A DNA stretch of 63,937 nucleotides, filler included, from Hausera hauseri (taxonomy: Eukaryota): the NCBI GenBank assembly GCA_046269625.1. It is 10 parts of 10 records of this genome, joined end to end, with 100 filler letters (N's around TTAATTAATTAA, not from the genome) between each part and the next. Parts side by side here need not be neighbours in the genome. Positions count along the whole stretch, not along the records: positions 45,098 to 55,541 come from JBJURY010186637.1; positions 55,642 to 63,937 come from JBJURY010697659.1; 8 more parts are not named here. One strand, 5' to 3'. Of the stretch, positions 52,937 through 63,937 are shown piece after piece (the stretch's first letter is position 1; each line of letters opens with the position of its first letter). The notes under the pieces are model-generated. The model saw only the letters and a list, made by a program, of their open reading frames with translations, was not told where the DNA came from and ran no database searches. The position numbers and the translations under genes were made by a program.

Positions 52937-54282
52937 ATAGTTACCTTATTTTAACAGTTTCAAACAATCATAGTAATAGTAAATAATAATAAAGTTTTGT
53001 GTTGTCATTGTTTCTATACGACGAAATTAGTTCTCTGCATTTAACTCGTCACACGTGAGATACACCCAGGTGGAGCAGTGGGCGGCTATTGAACGTCCGG
53101 GGAGCAATTGGGAATTGTGTGTGTTGCTCAGAGGCACCCAGAGCCATAGAGAGAGAGAGTTGCGACACTCTTTGAAGTCGCCGATAGGCGGTCACGTGGT
53201 TCATGCAGCTCTCAATAGTTCCAAACAGCTCATCGCTGTCAGTCAGTTTGAGCGGATACTGGCGGGACATAACGCAAAAATCGACTTTTCTTACCTTGCC
53301 CAGCGACTTTTGTTGATTATTGATCAGTAATGAACTGAATACTTAACTGATTATTGATTACTTAAATATCTGTGCATTTTATCAAAGCAGTTTTAGATGC
53401 TGCAGGGACATTTATCATTAAATTTTAGAGGGAAACGAGACCGCAATCACGTCATTGAACACTTATTACAGACCATTATTTGTTAGAAAAAAATGTTTAT
53501 GCAATATCAATATAGCTATGTCAACAGTGCTTTATATACACACGTAAAAAAAAAAAGAAAAACTGGAGTAACACCAACATTTATATAAATAGCTTTAAAG
53601 CTATTTCTGTTGTTCTCTGCAAGCTAGCATGAAATGCTGTAGAAGATATAATTGTTCTATTTTTCATTTTATATGGAAACGGAGTACCAGGCTCTATAAG
53701 AGAGTTAATTGTGCTTGTAGTCAGACATCTATTGTAAAATTGTAATTGATTAAAATGTTAAATGAAACTATTTCTAGTTAAAATCATAACAGATGACAAA
53801 ATAAGTGTTAATTGTGCATAAATAAATTACCATACAATTTATTATAAAATATGTAAATCAAGCTTTAATAAAGTACTTTTATTTATACTATTTATTAATT
53901 ACATTTGCACCAATAAACTGTGTATGATCAAATTTGGACAAAGTTGAAATGTGCCCAAGTTCAAATGAGGGTCCATCCTTCGTCGTCAATCACAGCAGCT
54001 CCCTTTGAAGTGAACCACCACGTCCGCTGACCGCCCTGAAAACAAACAGTTCAGAAGACTCAAACAATCATTATCATAGCTGTAAGTCATACTGGGAAAA
54101 AAAAAAGTAAGATGTGTTCTTTGAAATAAACAATTGGAAGTAAATTACAAATACTAAATTAAAATGTTGAGGGTGGAACAAGAGAGAAGTTTACTGTGTA
54201 ATTAATTGTACATATCCCTATATTTTTCAAATGGTACAAGATTATACACACACTAAACCCTTTGTAGGTTTATTGTGTTACC

Positions 54283-55541
54283 ATGGTTGGCTGTGCTGCA
54301 TTTGGATGCACCAATCGGTCCGAGAAAGGGATCAGTATGTATGGCTTCCCAAGAGACACTGACAGAAGAAAAAAATGGTTGGCTCAAGTCAGCAGGAGCA
54401 ACTTCACCATCACCAGAGATCACAATAACATAAAACTGTGTGCTGTAAGTTTAATCTGCACATAAGCATTTTCACATCAGGGCTCAAAATGTTCAACTGT
54501 CAAAGAAATGTGCAAAGAAATAAACTAATATCACTCTACAGGCACATTTTGAGAGAGGGCAGTTTACAAAGACACAGTCAGGCCGTGTGAGACTGAGGGC
54601 TGATGCGATTCCAACCATTTTTGTTCATCGGCCAGAACCAAAGAGGAGGAAGGATCCTGCAATGAGAAGCACAGCAAAACTTCCACTGCATGTTGATCCA
54701 CTGACCAGTGATCACACATATTGTTCTAAAGTAAACTTTGGTACGAACTGTGTTACATAACAAATTTCACATTTTTTTAATTGAACAATAATGTTCATGC
54801 TAACAGTGCCATTGTAATTTCAGAGATTGAGGAAATACGAGTGAAATAAGGGAAAGTGAAGGTGAAGAAGATGAACATGTAGTCTCAGAGGACAGGGACA
54901 TGCCAGGAACTGATGATGATGAGCCAGGGTCGCCAAGGCCAGGAATATGTATCAACGGGCAATGCAACCAGGGAACAGAGATGAAAAACCTGAGGGAGCA
55001 ATTAGAACAACATCAGAACCCAGCAAAGAAGACTGCAACATATTAAGCTAGAACCAGGTGTATTAGGAGAGGTGTTCGACATGCTCCGACTAAAAGTTCA
55101 CAGTCTGACAGAGATGGAACGAGAATGTGTCCTGACTCTGGACGAAATGGCTATCACACCGTGTGTGGAGCTGCACTTGGGAACAGGGAAGCTTTTTGGA
55201 GATGTTACATTGCCTGGTCATATAGGAGCTGCAACACATGCTTGTGTTTTTATGTTAGCAGGAACCACAACAAGATGGAAGCAAGTGGTGCTTACCATTT
55301 CAGTGGCAATTCTACCAATGGGGCAAATTATAAGCCAATCATTCTTGAAATCATTGAAAGAGCAGCTTCCATAGGCCTTCTCGTGGTAAACATCACCACT
55401 GACATGGGCAGTGCTAACAGAGCGATGTGGCGGGCATTTGGAGTGGGCCACAACAAGACATTTGTCACTGATTATGCATAAGTTATAGTCATACACAAGT
55501 CTTGGCATCCTCAGTAAATTTCAGAAAAAGTTGTTGCAATG
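54283..55541 (+). pseudogene. THAP-domain P-element (THAP9-like) transposase, spliced, internally deleted and frameshifted
   Basis: Exon 54283-54444 MVGCAAFGC..FP..RRKKW..KLCA joins exon 54542 AHFE..LRADAIPTIF..DHTYC. Later motifs: CVLTLDEMAI, VFMLAG..RWKQVV, NITTDMGSANRAMW. Confidence 0.85.
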
Positions 55542-56365
55542 NNNNNNNNNNNNNNNNNNNNNNNNNNNNNNNNNNNNNNNNNNNNTTAATTAATTAANNN
55601 NNNNNNNNNNNNNNNNNNNNNNNNNNNNNNNNNNNNNNNNNCTGACAATAAATCCTCTTCCTTGCCCGTTTAAAATTGAAACAGTCATCCCAGCTTTCAG
55701 CACCAGCTTAGCTCAGTGGTTACATCATCTCACAATGCAGTTTCATGACTTCTCTCTGTGGAGAACGGTGTTCTTTTTTTCTTATTATTTTAAACATTTG
55801 TGACAATAGTAGTGAACTATACTATTTCACAAAACAGAAAAGCGACACACAACTTTTTTGCAGCATAGTCTACATTAGTAGCCCTACATATTCAATGATA
55901 TACCATATTTTCCTGAAATAATTTCATATCACATCAAGAAGAATAACAATGGAGAAATAAATTTTTATTTCAAGTTTGAACACCCCAGTTTATTGAATCG
56001 AGAAGTCTCCTCAGCGGAATACATGAAATACACGTTTAATGTCCAGCAGATGGCGCTATAAAATAAAAGCACAGGTAAGATAAGGCCACTCCTGAGTGGT
56101 TCCCTGAATGACATAATGCAGGAAGAACAGGTATGAGTGACGTGATCTGCACTTCAGCAGGAAGATAAACAGAAGATAACTTTAAAACTACGACTTTGTA
56201 CTATTTTTATTTTTGTTTGTGTTTGTGTATGTGTTTGTGGGTTTTACCGAAGATTTCCCTTAACCATCTAAAAGATTACCTTGATAAACCATGTACCGTT
56301 GCTGATCTTTAAAACAGAAACAAAGACATAGCACTTCCGCGCCGGTTTAGCCTAGTGGTTACTTC

Positions 56366-57432
56366 GGTAACACTTTACAATAAGGTACACAAAAAAGCTT
56401 AACTACTGCAGTAACTACTGAGGAGTTCCTCAGGGACTCCTGAGGAGTTCCTCAGGAGTTCCTGAAACTCCTCAGGAGCTCCTGAGGGACTACTGAGGAG
56501 TTCCTGAGGGACTCCTCAGTAGTCCCTCCGGAACTCCTCAGTAATTACTGCAGTAACAAATGAGGAGTCCCTGAGGAACTCCTCGATAGTTACTGCAGTA
56601 GTTAAGCTTTTTTTGTGTACCCTAAGTAAAGTGAAGCACCAAAAACAGTAGTTACTGAGGAACTCCTGAGGACGTACTGTTAACAAAAACAGTAACTACT
56701 GAGTTACTACTATCATGATTTGTGTCTTGTTTCCTTTACCTTTTTAGTGATTTTCATATATCCACGTTTACCTTGGCTCCACCCTTCTCACCTGTTCCTC
56801 CTCGTTTGCCCCAGCTGCGTCTCGTTGTCCTGCCATTAGTCACCTTTATATTCAGCATCTTGTCTTCACTCCCTTGTCCGTTCATTGAGGTGTTTAAACA
56901 GCCGTGTCTCTGCTGTTCATGTTATGCCCTTTTGGCTGCCTCGCAAGCTTCATGCTTTTTATTTAAACAAATTTTGTAATCCTTTTATCCACCTGCGATC
57001 TGGGTCATTTATTTCAGCGTGACAGTTATTTTTGACACCAAACAGTAACTACTGAGGAACTCCTGAGGAGTTCCTGAGGGAATCCTCAGTAGTTACTGCT
57101 GTAACTACTACAGTAGTTACTGCTGTAACTACTACAGTAGTTAAGCTTTTTGTGTACCCTAAAGTAAAGTGAAGCACAAAAAACAGTAGTTACTGAGGAA
57201 CTCCTCAGTAGTTACTGCAGTACTGAGGAACTCCTCTGTAGTTACTGCAGTAACTACTGCAGTAACTACTGAGGAGTTACTGCAGTAACTACTGCAGTAG
57301 TTAAGCTTTTTGTGTACCCTAAAGTAAAGTGAAGCACAAAAAACAGTAGTTACTGAGGAAATTCTGAGGAGTTACTGAGGAAATCCTGAGGAGTTACTGT
57401 TGACACCAAACAGCAACTACTCAGTAACTACT
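56366..57432. repeat. Merlin terminus GGTAACACTTTACAATAAGG with a self-complementary subterminal repeat array
   Basis: Repeats of GTAACTACTGCAGTA, GAGGAGTTCCTCAG and AAGCTTTTTGTGTACCCTAAAGTAAAGTGAAGC in both orientations. Confidence 0.8.
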
Positions 57433-58050
57433 CTTTTTTTTAGTTACCATAACCATTTGCTAGAAAGCTTTTGATTTTGTATCTCAATACATTGCATAAG
57501 CTTTAACCAAAAATAAAAACAACAAACACATTAGTGTACATAACTCTACTTTTTATAAAAAACATTTTAAATCAACACAATTTAAACACAAAAAAAAGTC
57601 ATTTATAATCTTTACAGTGAGGAAAAAAAAACACTTGTTGAAAAACAACAAAAAAGAAACACTTGCTGAATTGCTGAAAGAAAAAATTCAAGTAATGGAC
57701 CGTACCTGTAAAACAAAATGCTTGGTTTGAAAAAAACTTTACTTATTCGAAATAATTACCTAAAAATACTAAAAAAAGCATGGTAGCAAGTGTTTCTCTG
57801 CATCCTTCATTTTCTGCACTTCCTCCAGAAGACCCTCCGCCTGAAGAAGGGCGTTACATTTTTCAACTTCTAAAATAACATTTTCATGTGACTTATGACT
57901 TTATAGCTATCTAATGTGTACACTTCAATAAAGGTGGATATAAAATGCCAAACAATGATGCTAAATTTAATCAAAAATATGTACATTAAAGGTGAGAAAC
58001 AATTTAAAACACATGCACACCTCCATCCACTTTATAGAAATAGTATCATT

Positions 58051-61000
58051 TTACACTTTGTACTGTTTGCGAATGTCATGGAGCAAACGTCCCAGTGGTC
58101 CATTCTTGTGGGACTTGGCCAGCCAATGGGTCCATTCTATTGAGCCAAGGTGTCTTTTCAGCGACTTCTCAGTTCTATTTCCACGTAGTCTCCAGACCTG
58201 TGATTTATAGTTGGACCAGGCACGCTCTATGTTCTGTGTATGGGCACCTGTGTCAGCATTTACAAATGACCTGCTGTGGTTAACTGAATAGTGGACATAT
58301 CCACTATCAGCCAGTGCAGTCATGTACACCCTCCACTGATCTGTGATTATAGTGCTCCCTTGTCGAACAAAACGCCTTACAATTGGTATGAGGTGTCGCC
58401 GGGATCGTTTTCTTACAAGCCTCAGGATTGGTCGCCTTCTTATGCCTTTTATGCCGAGCATTCCAAAGACCCATTTTCGCCTCCTCCAGGTTCTTCCAAA
58501 TCTTCCTCGACCATACTGTTAAAAGCGGAAAACATGGTAGTAAAAGACATTTTAATTATGCACAGAAACTCAGTTATTTACATTTGACTTTAAAAGCACA
58601 CATAATTCTGGGAGAACTGTATATAACCTTATGATTAGATCAATCTGTGAAAATGTCAGTTTTAATTTACAGAACTAATGCATAAAAATGTAGTCATAAA
58701 ATTTAGGCTCTTGCAGAATTAGGAAAATGTGATGTTTATAAAAATTATAACCTAAAACAAAAATAAATTACAGCAAAATTCCTCTGACCTTACCTTCCAT
58801 TAAGATAAAGCTCTGATTCGACTGGAAACAAAAAAATACACTCATTACTTTTCAACATGATCTGATATGACATTTCAAAATCAAGCCAGATCATATCGGT
58901 AATATCTAATAATTATAATATTCTACAACTGTGTGATTCAGTAAACTAATTCCACTTAAGACTAAGAGTACACCTCCTCCACTTCACACTCACCAACGTT
59001 CCACCTGATCTGATGTGCGATTTCAAAATAAAACAAAATCACAAATATAAAAAAAGTAAGATTTGGTGATATTTAATTTTTGCTTATTTCATAAACTGTC
59101 TGATTCGGTGGCCTCATTCCATTTCAGATTTAAAGTGCACCTCCTACACATTGTACTCACCAATTTTTAACCAGATCTGATGTGGTATTTCAGACTAAAA
59201 CCAAATCACAAGTACAAATATTGTCTAATGTAGTTTACATTATTTATGTAAAAAAGGGTTTAAAATATAATTTTCTGTAATTGTTCATTTGTTAGAACAT
59301 TAGGGTCACTTTACCATTGTGCATTACTGAATTACCTTATGGATCAATTATGAAACAGTAAGTCTCAATCAGAATAATGATAAAACGCTGTGTTTATACT
59401 AGTCTTGAAATGACAAAGTTCAATAAGCCAAGGCCTGACCAAGTCATGACCTCTGGACGGTTATGGTGAGACATGACCCTAAATGCAAGAGGGTCCTTTT
59501 CATCACCTCATGAAACAAATGTGGTTTGCTTTCAACTTCTGGTGAGAAAAATCCATCTGAGTTAGGCATCACAAATGCTATCTGGCTACTTATCAGCTGT
59601 GAGGCACGCCTTGATAAAATTTTCTGTTTTTTTTTTGTTTGAAAGAAGACAGAGAAAAGAAGAGAGAGAAAGAAAAAAATAAGAGAGGAAATATGATTAA
59701 GATTGAGAGAGAGATTAGGAAACATATCAAATATACATCAAGAGAACACAAGGACACACAGCCAACGTCTGTCTGCTCACCTGAAAGTTATTAAATAAAG
59801 GAAACCATAGCAACAAGATACATATTCCTATAATAGTAAATTAATTATAATTTCTTTGTACCGCATGCATACATTATTAATACCCATACCTATATATACA
59901 TACAAACATACCAGCATACATTCATACGTACCATAGATATATACACACAGACGTATATATCCACTCAGTGACCAGTCAGAACCCCCTGGATCAGTACTCC
60001 TGTTTGTCAGTGGTTGTGAACATGCGTGTAAACAAGATTTCTCTAATGGAATATTTAGTAGTGACTGTGGAGGACCAAGGACCCAACCCCCAAGACACAG
60101 AGCAGACACAGGGGAGACCAGAGCCCAAGGCCCCGAGAGGGACCCCGAGCGCATAGCCCCCAGGGGCACCCGCACGGGGAGATCCGCCCACCCACCCCCT
60201 GGTTCGGACCACCGGGAAGAACCGGGAGAGATCCCCCAGCGACCACACACAGTAAACCCTCGGGGCCAGCAGCAACAAGCCCAAGAGTTCTGACGGCACC
60301 TGCCGCGCCAGAGCAGAACCAGGCATGGGTACAGAGGCCTGGAACCCCAGGGCGCCCCCCCAGTCCATGGCCCGACAGGACCAGAGGACCCGAGCCCCAG
60401 CAGGCAGTCACCAGGCCGGGCCGGCCCATGCCCCAGTACCCAGCCCCAGTCCATGAGAACCACCAGCACACCGGCGGGCAACGGCCATCCGACCAGGGGG
60501 CAGTGCAGCCACGGGCACTATAGACCAGCAGGAGGGGCGGCCCAGATCTCAGCCTGACAAATAACCAAACATACACAATCACACCATCCCACCCTCATCC
60601 TCACAACCACTCATTCAAAGACATACAAGAAGGATGCCACAATCCACTCATGCTCCCGATACACACTCTATACCCCCCAGGTCCAGGACGTGCACCCACC
60701 CCCCTACAGGAGGAAGCACAGACCTGAACCCAGGGGGCAGACTCTTTCAGTCTGGGGTGGAGGAGCAGGCCGCATCAGGCCACCCAGACGGCCCTCCGCT
60801 GCAGAGAAACCACGCCCCCGAATTTTTCTGTTATGCAGTACAAGTTCCATAGCTAAGTTAAATTAATAATAAAATTACAAACCCTCAATCTTAACACATC
60901 CTTCCAAAGTTGTTAAACTGGGTCATTTGTTAAAAATGACAAAGACAGATAAATTTTCTCTAGGAAACCCTAGTCTATTATTTAAACATTACCATTACAT

Positions 61001-62101
61001 TGGGAAAGACACTGTTTGCTGAGATCAAGAGAGGCTGTCAGTGGTCTTTTTGAAACTTGTAACACATGTACCCATTCACATTGGGTTATATAAATAATTA
61101 TGAATACAGACATGTCCGAAATGTCTTCATGACTCANNNNNNNNNNGTTGCCAATGTTACAGAAAAAGACTCAATTGTTATTTCTGCAACCATTATTCAT
61201 GGCATGTTCTAATTTTAATCGTATTAAAATTTAAACAATAAAAAAAACTTATTTAAGTCTTTCTTTTGGCGTAACAACACATTACATGAATATGGTATGG
61301 AGGACTGGAGAATCATTGATCTATGATGTAATGAGTGCTAATTGTTCTTGCATGTTTTAAACATACCTTTCTTTTGTGGCAGAAGTTGCTCTCATCTATC
61401 ATTACAAATTCCTGCCGTCCTCCCAGAATCAGCTTTCCCCGTCTTTGCCTTTTTTTCATTGACTTCTTGCAGACCTTTCTCAACCTTTTGCTCATCTTTG
61501 ACAGTGTGCGGCTGCTTCCAGCAATACCATCCTGCATCATATCAATCTGTCTTAAATGTAGCCCCTGACAAAACCTGTCACAAAGAATGAAAAGGCATTT
61601 AATAAGTAAATACAATACAAACATTCAGTTGGCTTCAAAGCAAGCAACACTCACATTTTATTCTACTGTCATTATACTATAATCTTCATTACATGCACTA
61701 CAAAATAATACAAAACTTACTGTAAGAGATTCACTTATCACTATCATGTAGTAATATGTTTGTTATTACGGCATTGCCTTAAAAGAGTAATTATTCATTA
61801 CTACGCCGTCAACAGTTATCACAAAATAATTATGATGCTCTCTGCCCCTTAATATCTACAGCAATCAGTATTTTAAAAGTGTAATAATACCAAATGAATA
61901 CAATGACTACTCGTAGCTACTTACCACTGATATCCACCGATACTGTTATGTTCTTTCATTTTCATTTTTCTTTTGCACAACTTGCACTTGATTTTTGTTT
62001 TGAGTAATTTCTTTCTTTGAAGCCACTTAATAAGTTTTAGCTTTTTCTTCATTGTCTGTTTGCCTTCAGTGAGCGAAACAACTTTTTCGTGCAGTTCCAT
62101 T
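58051..62101 (-). pseudogene. Merlin (IS1016/IS1595-like) transposase, spliced. Exons: ~62101-61925, 61574-61367, 58515-58051
   Basis: CKLCKRKM Zn-ribbon half; VMIDESNFCHKRK|YGRGR..WVFG; STIITDQWRVY; VNHS..FV..TGAHTQNIERAW. Splice phases are compatible. The second half of the Zn ribbon was not found. Confidence 0.85.
59626..61136 (-). mobile_element. Probable L1/Tx1-type LINE 3' end (ORF2 end, GC-rich 3'UTR, poly-A) inside the Merlin intron
   Basis: T tract at 59627-59636 and a G-rich minus-strand block at 60070-60830, next to degenerate coding-like sequence. Confidence 0.45.
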
Positions 62102-63937
62102 CCGCTACTCACAACGCCTTGATTAAGCAAGGAAGCAGTAAAAAAAAAGTATGCATTTCAAAATAAAATAAGTCCTAAGATTATAACAAATAATTCAAAC
62201 GACGTGATATAATTTTTGCCATTATTAATGTACTTTTTCAGACTGTAAAGCTGATGGTTTAGGTTGTCTTTCAAGACGTTTCTACACAAAACCTCCTTAA
62301 ATCTTCGACATAATCACCATGTAAGGTGTTATTTTATTTTGAACTCAAAATTGTCGTTTCCGTTTTAAAACCGACGTGATCTGACGCTTAATCTTTTTAC
62401 GCATAGTTGTTGAAGGAAACTGTTGACGAAAAATGTCTGAACTGGGAAAAGGAAAACGCAAAAGACAACCTTCACGGCGTGTCCGGAAGGAAGAAGAAGC
62501 AGCTGTGTGTAAGTACTTGTTTTCTTTTTTAATTGTAGATTTGTTGTTGGTGTTGTGGTTTTTAAAAAACATGTCCAAACCGGACATGCTTGTTAGCTGC
62601 AGCTAACCATGCCAATTGTAACCTTTAGCTAACAGAACAAGGTAGTCTAACTTTTCAATTTTTGAGCTAAATTGTCTCAGTAAGTGTATCATGTATGTTG
62701 TTAGATGCAGTAGCCATTGTCACAAGAAATGTTGCCACATGCTTTGGAAAGTATAAAAGAAAGTTATACCCTAGTCAGTGCAAGCGCTGCACGTGGTTTA
62801 GCTTACTATTCAAGCTAGCTGAAACAGACACGTGTACCAACTTTTTTTTATCTCAACACGTCGGGTCCACTTGAAATTGACCTGTAATTGCAAACCATTC
62901 GAGCAAAAAAATAAAAACAAACTTTTAAATCCACTTTTTCCAATTTTTCCCCTGAATTCCACATTTTCATTGTAACCATATTTATTTGCCTAAAAAGGGT
63001 GTAATTATAAAGTGACTGAACAATAAATAAACAAATATATAACTACAGAAATTTAAAATATATATAATTTCACTTTCACTAATATAAAAAGTAGCTGTGG
63101 TTCAGTAGAACATTAAATTATTTTTTTAAGGTGTTGAAAATTATTAAGAAAAAAAATCATTCTTTATGTGTGAAACATAGAATCTCACATAATAAAGTTA
63201 CTTTTTGTAAAATAAAGTGTTTTAGAATTCAACTTAACATTACATATGTCATAAAGACACAAATCTTACACTTGCCATCTAAGCTCATTTACTTATGTAA
63301 TGGAGACACACACACACACACCGTTTACAGTGCCTTATCAAAAAAACAGACAAAGCTTTTTCATTTTTTCTAAAGGAATATCTGATTCTGCACACATAAC
63401 AAAATTATAGATAAACTCCCAGTCGGACTCCCACCTCACTGAGTGTTCAGGAGTTTGTCCGCCTGAAACCCAAACAGTTCCTAAACAAATGATAACAGAG
63501 TTTGACGTTCCCTGACTTGGCCTTGAGCCGTGGAATTAAATTCTTCCTGGATGATAACGTCGAATGAGGCTTGGCCCACACATTTTCCCCCCTTGCACAC
63601 CCGTCTGTGATCTGGTTCCTGGAGCAGTTGAAGGCCGCTCAGAAATAAACAGTTAACATATTTTTTTCTGGACAATGGCTGGTTTTTGGGAGTAGATTCT
63701 TCTGGCTTATTTTTTCACATATTCACACATGCATACAACACTCATGGTTTCAGATACACACCCCCTAAACTCACTTCTCCTCCTGGCTAATAAATGTGCT
63801 CTATGCAGAGGTTTTTTTCTAAACACCATCGTGTGTCACTATGCAGACATAGTTTGATTTTTTTTTCTTCTCATCTTTCCTTGTGTGGTTTTTAGTTTTT
63901 CTTTTAAGGGTAGCGCCTCATCATGATCTTCATGAAG

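Noticed and set aside
59828-60852. 175-217 aa Gly/Pro/Trp-rich ORFs
   Set aside because: GC-rich LINE 3'UTR-like sequence that is open in several frames.

Overview
This window is eukaryotic and is not one contiguous locus. It holds ten contigs or scaffolds joined by 100-nt N spacers, each carrying a TTAATTAATTAA six-frame stop linker. The contigs appear to come from two genomes. Contigs 2, 3, 9 and 10 look teleost-like (V-SINE, L2, L1, Merlin, P/THAP, ISL2EU, a multi-exon DYRK4-like kinase and a spliced tyrosine-recombinase gene). Contigs 1 and 4-8 look like an AT-rich invertebrate (hAT, Polinton-like PolB, mariner, Gypsy, BEL/Pao). The main finding is a Gypsy LTR-retrotransposon family, present as three divergent copies, whose Pol frame does not stop after the integrase. 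In the best copy it runs about 980 more codons, interrupted by two TAA stops. The extension encodes an internal signal peptide, two Cys-rich repeats, a Thr-rich stalk, an FN3-like domain, a TM helix, a second hydrophobic segment, a REX4/ISG20-like DEDDh exonuclease fold lacking its catalytic residues (seen only in this copy), and a basic tail. Other notable items are a Gypsy Gag preceded by a ubiquitin-like domain ending RFRGG|M, a BEL/Pao Gag with tandem CCCH fingers, an intact 6-exon C2H2-tyrosine-recombinase gene inside minisatellite arrays, and a DYRK4-like kinase with at least 8 tandem phase-0 mini-exons and no activation-loop tyrosine. All family calls come from motif recognition by eye; no database searches were run.
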